Source: the human T2T-CHM13v2.0 reference genome, Homo sapiens
Assembly (NCBI GenBank): GCA_009914755.4
Contig: CP068257.2
Location: forward strand, 12,768,001-12,832,000
Direction: 5' to 3'
Length of the DNA: 64,000 nucleotides
Part shown: positions 55,571 through 64,000 of the stretch, piece by piece
Position numbering within the stretch: the stretch's first letter is position 1
Layout: every line of letters starts with the position of its first letter
Translations under genes and position numbers: made by a program
The notes under the pieces: generated by a model
What the model was told of the DNA's origin: nothing
The model's database searches: none
What the model saw: only the letters and a program-made list of their open reading frames with translations

Positions 55571-58500
55571 TAGTTCTGCCTCTTGGATGCTGTGTTAGAA
55601 TGGAAGAGTTAGCTTTTTAATATCTCCATTTTCTCATCTGTAAAATAAAAAAGTTGGGTTATATAATCTTCATGCTTCTTTTCAACTTTAACTATATGAG
55701 CTTCCAATTTCTTTTAGTTCAGAGCTATTCTTCATGTACTTTGTGGGCTAGATAGATATTTCGAGTTGGCCTAGGACTTAAACCATTCTGTAGATGACAG
55801 TTTCCACTGGAAAAGGCATTCCAAAGAATTGACTTACAAACTGTGGAAGACAGCTCTGCCAAGCTGGGTAGTAGTTTTAAATAGATGGGCTTAACCTAGG
55901 ATATATAATAGAAAGGGCTCACCAATGCATAGTTCAAATCCTTTAGAAATGAGCTTTGAAGAGAGGGGCAAGTGGCATAATATCAGATTTCAAAGTTAAG
56001 TCTCTGTTTTGGGGGCTCCTGGATTGATCATTATAACCGAAATCTTTCTTTGTTTATGAATGTTTATAAATGCTAGCTTTTGGCAGTTGAGGAGACTTTG
56101 AAGCAGCAAACTGCACAAGGAAGAAGGACAAGTTTGAAGCCAGATAGGGTTCAGTAGGGGTAAAGCAGAGAAAAAGAGTAAATCGTTGGATGCAGGATGA
56201 TTAGTAAGACCAGCAAGTGATATGAGTACCGAATTGGATAAGGGACTCAGAGACTCAGGAAAAGGGAGAACTGGAGGCCCGGTAAGGCTGAGATGGGCCA
56301 GAACAGGAAGAACAAACCAAAAGGATTTGCCTTCTCAGAGACTGATTTATTTTTCCCACCAATGATTTCAGCTTGTTTTGTTGAAGTCACCGATGCATTG
56401 TGGTAGAATTTTATCTGAGTAGGTAGTATGTAATTTAACCTCCCGTTTCAGGGCAATTAAAGACGTGCTCATTTTCTTTTAGCAGATTAGTGCTTTAAAG
56501 GTTAAGGAAAATTAACTTAGAGATTTAAAAGGAGATAAAATAATTAGGAAATAAAAACATTGAAAAACAATACTACATTCACTGTGATTTTATTAAAAAT
56601 CAGTTTTTACACAACTTTTAACACATGGTATCCTATCGTTTCTGTCTAAATTGTAAAACTATGTCTGCTTTGACATTTTTTTCTCCCCCTGCTTATTTCC
56701 TTCAGGTGGCCTGTCACATACATTTATGTTTAAAATTAAAGATGGCCAATTTTCCTTTAAGGCTGTTCCAATTCCACACCACTTCTCGAAATAACTGGAG
56801 CTGTCCAGGATGGGCTGGGAATATCCCATCTACGTTGTCTGCCTTACTGGAGGCTTCGCATTCTCTCAGAGACACTTTGCTCATGTACACCATTTGGCAA
56901 GAAAGAGTCATTGGCATGTCCTTGGATGACCCCTTGTCTAAGTGGACTTTTTGGATGGTACTGTTGATCAATGGGGGCTTTGTAAGCGGGCAGGCCCCAC
57001 TGCTGCCCTGAAGATCTCTTCTGCACCCTGCAAATGACACTAACATTATGAAAAATTTCTCCAAAGACAGATATTTTCAATTAGCCAAATTACTCTAACA
57101 GTAATTTAAATCAGGAAGATTTAAGGCAGAGCTAGTTCCTATGCCAGCCAAGAAGACTGCTCTGCCAGTTGAAAGGCAAGCACATCCTTCCCTGCCAACT
57201 TGCAATGAGATGGTTCTTGCAGTGACAGCAGATCTACCATGCACGTTTGATTTAAAGCCCTCCATTACCATACCTTTGTAATTATCATCAGGCAATGATG
57301 AGTCCTGGGGAAAGTATGGATCTTAAATTCGAGGATCCAGAAGCCTAATCGAAATGCAGCACATGAAATGAATCTTTCTTCTTGGTATATCTCCTCTTTT
57401 CAACCAATTGGTCTTGATTTAAGTAAAATTGTAGCAAAACCCTGTGCCAATATTGTGATTCTTTTTCACTTTGCTAATCAAAATGTTGTTTCGCAAGGCT
57501 CTGATGGTGTTCAAGACACCTTATAGGAGGTATGGTTTTTCTTTAAGTTGGCTGGCATAGATCCTTTATTTCACATGAAGTCATGAGAACGATTTGTAAA
57601 GATTCCTTTGACTGGTAAATTCGCTTATTCTGGGATAGTGCTCTCACAATGATTCTATGAGGCAAATATTATATTGGTGATTTTTTTTGTTTGCTGTTCC
57701 TTAAGGTTAATGATATGTAGACTACTCTAAATCTACCTTTTTCCTACCTAGGGACTGTATGTTATTTAGAAAACATAAATTTCAGAGGATTTGTAAGGAT
57801 GAGCGAGGTTGCTTTTTCTTTATAAGATCTAACTTCAATTAGCAACATTTTGTTAAATATCTAACTTTGCCCATTGCCCAGTGCTTTACTTATAGTTAAG
57901 CAACATGGTGTGAAGAAAGAGGCATAGGCTTAATTCCAGATCTCAGTACAAATCTGAATTCTTCTTACTTGTAAATTGGTGTGACCATGGATAGATATCT
58001 TTACCCCTCTACCATCCCAAATCTCTCCTACAATATGGTGGTATTGAAACTGACCCTCTCTAGTTCCTCTCCATCTTTGACACCTATGATTCTATGAATA
58101 TGGGAATTCTCCTCTTGAAGAATTAACCATCAGCCCCCATGTTTAGTACTTACTATATAATTTTGTTTAAACAGTTATTTATGACATTCTCGCAATGCAA
58201 ATTTAGGAACCCTTTTCTTCCAGGACTTCTCTTCCACCTGTCTTTTATTATTTCAGATAATGGAAATTTGAAACCAAAAAGAGATATATCAGCATTATTC
58301 TTATATTCATAGACTCAGGGTTAGAATGGAATTGGCTCCTTTTGGTTTGGGGAATAGTATCCTTCACTGGGACACCTTTATCTAATAGGCTCATTTAGCC
58401 TTTAACACTTGCCCACTTTGTATTACTATATTAAATACAGAGTGCTGCCTTACCAGCCAGATGATAAGTTCTTGTAGGTCTGGGGTCATGCTTTTGGGCT

Positions 58501-61500
58501 CCAAATATCTCTAGCACCTAGTATGTAACAGCTAGCCCACAGCTAATCACTTAATAAGTTGTACACCATGATTTTTTTTTCTAAGAAAAACCTTATGGAA
58601 GAATAGTACTAAAGATTTCCTTTTAATCACTGAAATGCAAACAATTTTCCACAACATCCAATGAAAACAGAATGTATAAATGAATCATTTGGTGTACTGT
58701 AATTAACAGAAGTCCAATTTGGTGTAATTAGTGTCAATTTATTTTTAATTGACAATTCCTCTTATACATCATATAGTATATAGCTAAGTATTTCTACTTC
58801 ACAAATAGCTTACCTAGTACATAATTTTATGCTAAGTATCTGTGTAGTCTTTCTCCTCTTAAAACAATACGATAAAAAAATAGAAAACACACACACGCAC
58901 ATACAACTGTATACTTTGAAAACCAGAATATCTCAGTTTAGAAGGCAAATATCCCAGTCTCATGACTTTAGGGATGTCTCCCTTCACTGGGCTCTTCAGC
59001 TATGATTTGGCTCTATTGGTTCGGTACTGTGATGCATATGTTGTGATGGGATTGGGTTGCTATCATAGTCTTTGATATTGGTACTGCTTCTTCAGCTAGA
59101 TTGCAAATTCATTGACAGAAAAGACTATGTATTTTATGTTTCTTTGTTCCAAGTGTCTAATAGAGTTTTATTTATTTAGAAAGTTCTCAATTAGTAGTTG
59201 CTGCAATCATGCAGGTAGGGCAATAGACACATTGCTCATTGAAAGCTCGCAATAAAATCAACAAATATAAATCTATTTATTAAGCTTCCTAATTTACAAA
59301 CAAAGCAGAAATAGCTATTTTTATACTAATTAAACTACTGTAAATTTTGTATCCTGTTTGTCTTATGTGAAGAGGTATATTTTGATCTTTTAGGTGTTGC
59401 CATAGAGTTTAATCTGAAATCTTACGTGGCATAGGATATTTCAAGAGTTAAAATGCTTTTAATTCAGCTAAAATAACAAATGTATTAGATAATTACATTT
59501 CTCTATATCAACACTGCTGCACACATTAAAATGGGAGGCAGCTTTGAAATTATTGAAGAAAAGATAGATTTTTATTATAGTAATTTATATGATGTCTAAT
59601 TCATGTCTCAGAAATGCACTTATAAATAATCCTTAAATTACATCTTTCACTTATATTTGAAGAATTTTTGGCTTTTTTCAGAGGAAAACTATCCTACACC
59701 TCTTACAGCACAGTAAATAAAACATTTATAAAGGTAGGTAGTAAAAAAGGGACAGTCTAGAAAAATCTATATAAATCAGGATCCTGAGAGTTCTTTTTAA
59801 GATTGAGGATGAGAAGTAATTTTTCTCATTAAAGTCCCTTGTGTGAATAAAATAGTTCAATATTTTATAAATATTTAATAAATTATTATTTCCTACAACT
59901 TATGAGTGTTTGGACAATTGAAGCTATGTTTGGAATATGAGTATATGTCTGTCTATGTGGGGAAGAGATGATGATAAATGCCTGACACTATGTGTCTTGA
60001 AAAAGACTAGGCAAAAGAATTTCTAAGTTTTACAGAAGGCAGAAAGGATGCTTAGTGGGATTCTTTATGGTACAAATTTGAAAGTGCCTGATGGAAGTGC
60101 TTCTTCATGCTTAAATCTTAAAAGTATTAATAATAATATTATATGATACAAATAATGAGCTGGGCAGAGGTAAAATCTTGCAGAAATCATACTAGATGCT
60201 TTACTTGTTTAAGTTTCCCAACAACACTGCAATGTGGACATTAACCTCCCCTTTACATTTGAATAAACTGGATCTTAGATGCTTAAGAACCTGAAGCAAA
60301 TAAGTGTTGAAACTAAGCATGATCCCAAATCCCTCACACGCCAAACTTTACGTTCTTGTATTGCATCATGTTGATTTCCTGTGCTGAGGAAAAAGTTATT
60401 TTTCCTTTTACTATCTATAATATAAGTAGTTATTTGCATACTGGTTCTGGCACTGTCTTACACAGGACGTTCCAATAACTGCCAGTCACATAGCGACGAT
60501 TATGCTTGATTAAGCAGATCCAGTAAGTACTTGATCGACTTTTTCCCATAAATGCTGACATTCTGCAGCCAAAGGGAGAATAACACTTGCCATTATTCTG
60601 AGCACTCTGTGCATCTCCCCTCGTCCCTCCCAATAATACCTGGCCCTGAATTTCCTAAGATCAATGTTCCCAGATTATTAGACTCAGCCCAGATTCCAGG
60701 GTTTCCATCAAATTCTTCCTGGGTAATTTGAGATTTTGAGTTCTATAAGTACTACAGGCAGACAGGTGACAATTTGTGAGATTTGAGGGTATGTTCAGCA
60801 GGTATCATTGTTGCTATTGGTCATTCTATCCCAGATAATTCATTGTTAGCAATGTTGAAGTCCTCACAGTGCTCCAGAATCCTCTAGAAATACATAGGAA
60901 AGAGTGCTTTCAAAATTGTTAATGCATACTATTATAAGAATATAAATATCCCCACAAGATAACCTGATAGCTATTGGCTAGCACATTGTTTTATAGTCTG
61001 CTGATTGGATGACTTCAGCCGTTTCTCAAAAGGTGGCCCAAGGTTCCTGTGTATCAGAATTGCTTGACAATCTTGATACCCCTCTGGGCCCTATCCCCCT
61101 GCCTCAGATTATCATACCCTCTAACTTAGAGTATTAGAGGAATATAAGTAGCTTAATGTAATAAAGTTTAATTTTATGTAGCACTCAAATGGGGGTCAAG
61201 CAACATTCCCGAATGCTTTCCTCTAAAAATGACCCAGGGATTTGAGCTCTTCCTTTGGTGGGCTCCCCGTTTCAGTGTTCCTTGCTTGCAGCCATATAGA
61301 TGAAGAGATGAAGGTAGCCAAAGAAAGAGTAAGGAAAACCTAATGAGAGGAGGACATGAATCTCAAAGCAGATATTATGAGTCAGGCCCTACCATTGACG
61401 TGAACTGATTACAAGGACCCAGCTGAATGCAAGAGGGCTGGGAATATACCCAAGAGGCTAATAAACATGGTTTGGGGAACACATAGCATTTTCTCTGCTT

Positions 61501-63194
61501 CGTAAGTTATGTGAGTAAGGCTGATTAGAATGGAGAAAAGCAAAGTCAAGTAAGCATGCCACGTTTTGATTGAAATGGAATTTTAATGGGTACCCAACAA
61601 TGCCTTTATAGTTAATATAAGCCTGTGTAAAGAAGATGTGATCATAATGTGACTTTTAGGCAGGTTGTTTTCATTTCCATACATCTGCATTATGGTCTTT
61701 GGGAAAATTCACATGGGAACTGTTGATAAGGAATATCTGAAATCAGGGCCAGCTTCATGTAACCTGTGTTGTTGCACAGGGCTGTGCTCTCACAAAGGTC
61801 CACATTTGGCTTAATGCTCTGCTATTGTATTGCTGTCTTAAAATTCTTAATCATTTTGAACAAGAGGTTGTGCATTTTCATTTTGCACTGGATCCTTTTT
61901 CTAAGCACTCAGGCTGTCTCCCATTACATAGCTGGTCCTACCTGAAACTTGTGCCTTATCAGTGATTAAAATTAAGGCTTCAAGGATAAAATGAAGACAT
62001 AGTCTTTAAGATGCAGTCAATGCTAATTGATCTTTTAGAGAAGACAAGTTACAATAATAAAGTTCCAAGGGTGGGGGTGTGGGCTCACACAGGTGCATGT
62101 GAACATGGGCCTGTGCAAAGTTTATTAGGAGCAATTTGTTTTAATTGATATTCATTGGGCATCATTCCACTGTTTATTCTTACCTACTCATGTGAAGAGT
62201 TGGTTGATGTCAATTGCACAAACATTTGTTTCAGAGAAATGGGTGTTTCAGTTGGATAAATTTTAATTAAGTAACCTTTACTGTACAAGTAGTTGCTTTT
62301 GAAGCCAGGAGAAAAATGACTATAATTTATTAATTCTATAATCCAGAATCTGAAGATATTGAATCTTGTCTACTCTAACCTTGAATATAATTTTCACTAT
62401 GAATGTCCTAAATATCTGGCCACAAGAATAAGGAATACAAAACATTTCCAATGTATTGTTAAATTCTTCTCCTATTGCAAATGCCTAGGCATTTAATTAT
62501 TAATTAAATAATTTAATTTATTTATTATTATAAATTTATTAATATAAATTAAATAATAATTTAATTATTCTCAAGCTCATATATACAGGACTTGATTGCT
62601 GATGCTGGTAAGCAAAGTAGCCAAAAGTCTTGAATTTCCAGATCATTTGGTTCTGAAATAATTTATTTGTGATTGCTGCTTCCACACCACTTGTATACAT
62701 TACTACTGTAGTATATCACATTTCATAGGGATGTATTTATTTATACATATGCCAAAGGACCACACTGAACTCTTAATTCCTTGAGAACAGGTGCTGTATC
62801 TTATTTTTCCCAAAGCTTAGCAGATTTACCAGGTACCTAGAACATATTCAATGAAGAGTTGATGAGGGAGTGGAGAAACAAATTATGATATAAAAAATCA
62901 CTTTTCTTTCAGGAAGTAGCAAAGTGTAGATTTACAGGTCTTCAAAGAACCTTCTGCTTTTACTAAAGCCAAAATCACAGTGTTTTTGCTTTGCAAGAAT
63001 ATTTTAAACTTGTATAATGCTCTTTAGCCCATAACAGCTATGTTACACAGAAATTTAAAACATCTGAGGGATAAAAATAGCATATACTTAACTGTTATAT
63101 TCATAAATTCATTTTATTGAAGGACTTTTCTGTCCTGTTCAAAAAAAAGTTGTTGATTGAACACACACAACACATATACAAGAAAAAAAGAACA

Positions 63195-63480
63195 GGTCAG
63201 GTGTGGTGGCTCACGCCTGTAATCCCAGCACTTTGAGAGGACAAGACGGGTGGATCACCTGAGGTCGGGAGTTCGAGACCAGCCTGACCAACATGGAGAA
63301 ACCCCATCTCTACTAAAAATACAAAATTAGCCAGGTATGGTGGCGCATGCCTGTAATCCCATCTACTCGGGGGGCTGAGGCAGTAGAATCGCTTGAACCT
63401 GGGAGGCGGAGGTTGTGTTAGGCCGAGATCATGCTATTGCCATTGCACTCCAGCTTGGGCAACAAGAGCGAAACTCCGTC
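63195..63480 (+). mobile_element. AluS on the plus strand
   Basis: It reads ggtcaggtgtggtggctcacgcctgtaatcccagcactttgagaggacaagacgggtggatcacctgaggtcgggagttcgagaccagcctgaccaacatggagaaaccccatctctactaaaaatacaaaattagccaggtatggtggcgcatgcctgtaatcccatctactcgg...cactccagcttgggcaacaagagcgaaactccgtc. Confidence 0.92.
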
Positions 63481-63496
63481 AAAAAAGAAAGAAGGA

Positions 63497-63568
<72 letters not shown>

Positions 63569-63750
63569 AGGAAGGAAGGAAGGAAGGAAGGAAGGAAGGA
63601 AGGAAGGAAGGAAGGAAGGAAGGAAGGAAGAAAGAAAGAAGGAAAGGAAGAAAGAAGGAAAGGAAGGAAGGAAGGAAGAAAGAAAGAAGGAAAGGAAGAA
63701 AGAAGGAAAGGAAGGAAGGAAGCAAGGAAGAGAGAAAGAAAGAGAGAGAG

Positions 63751-63789
<39 letters not shown>

Positions 63790-63809
63790 GAAAGAAAGAA
63801 AGAAAGAAA
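63481..63809. repeat. Long compound (GAAA)n/(GGAA)n/(GAAAG)n homopurine tract of about 330 bp, grown from the Alu poly(A) tail
   Basis: Direct reading shows aaaaaagaaagaaggaaagaaagaaagaaa...(GGAA)~18...(GAAA)n...agagagagag...(GAAA)n...aaac. It is purine-only on the plus strand apart from one 'c' near 63723. It generates the [10 protein letters not shown] and [11 protein letters not shown] artefacts. Confidence 0.95.
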
Positions 63810-64000
63810 CAATACACATAAGTTTTAAGGGATATGGATGTTTATATCTGTTTGTATTAAACTTACTGCTAATAATCTACTTTTTCCTATGGTCTACTAA
63901 TAAATGCCAAGAATAGGGGGAACGATCCTCTTATTTAATGCTGGAGATAGTTTATTTGCTGTCTCAGTTTCCTGTGGTTGTTACAGCAAATTCACCACCA

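Noticed and set aside
63393-63916. A stack of five to six overlapping ORFs of 112-161 aa with [10 protein letters not shown] and FLSFFLSF repeats, superficially like a multi-frame gene
   Set aside because: They are translations of the (GAAA/GGAA)n microsatellite in all six frames. The absence of stop codons is a compositional artefact.

Overview
This window is primate nuclear DNA, almost certainly human or great ape; it is not prokaryotic. The evidence is at least eleven Alu SINEs including an AluY, three large LINE-1 elements plus two smaller L1 fragments, MaLR solo LTRs, MIR/L2 relics and Alu-tail-derived microsatellites. About half the window is interspersed repeat, and the sequence is AT-rich and gene-poor.

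I found no convincing cellular protein-coding gene, RNA gene or CRISPR array, and no novel biological system. Every long ORF in the supplied track is LINE-1 ORF2 (reverse transcriptase or endonuclease), Alu-derived, microsatellite-derived, or a chance antisense frame.

The informative structure is transposon stratigraphy:
- 1-7.8 kb: two 5'-truncated L1s lie head-to-tail; the second carries nested THE1, Alu and DNA-transposon inserts.
- 15.2-22.2 kb: an old near-full-length L1 on the minus strand carries an ectopic internal 198-bp duplication.
- 22.2-25.5 kb: a young L1PA sits in the same orientation with a perfect 16-bp target-site duplication.
- 14.0 kb: an AluY is flanked by a 20-bp target-site duplication.
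- Young repeats are sparse across about 28-46 kb and 53-63 kb.
- 63.5 kb: the window ends in a long GAAA/GGAA homopurine repeat of about 330 bp.

All coordinates are approximate to within about 10 bp unless stated as indexed. Family names are from memory of consensus sequences, not from a database search.
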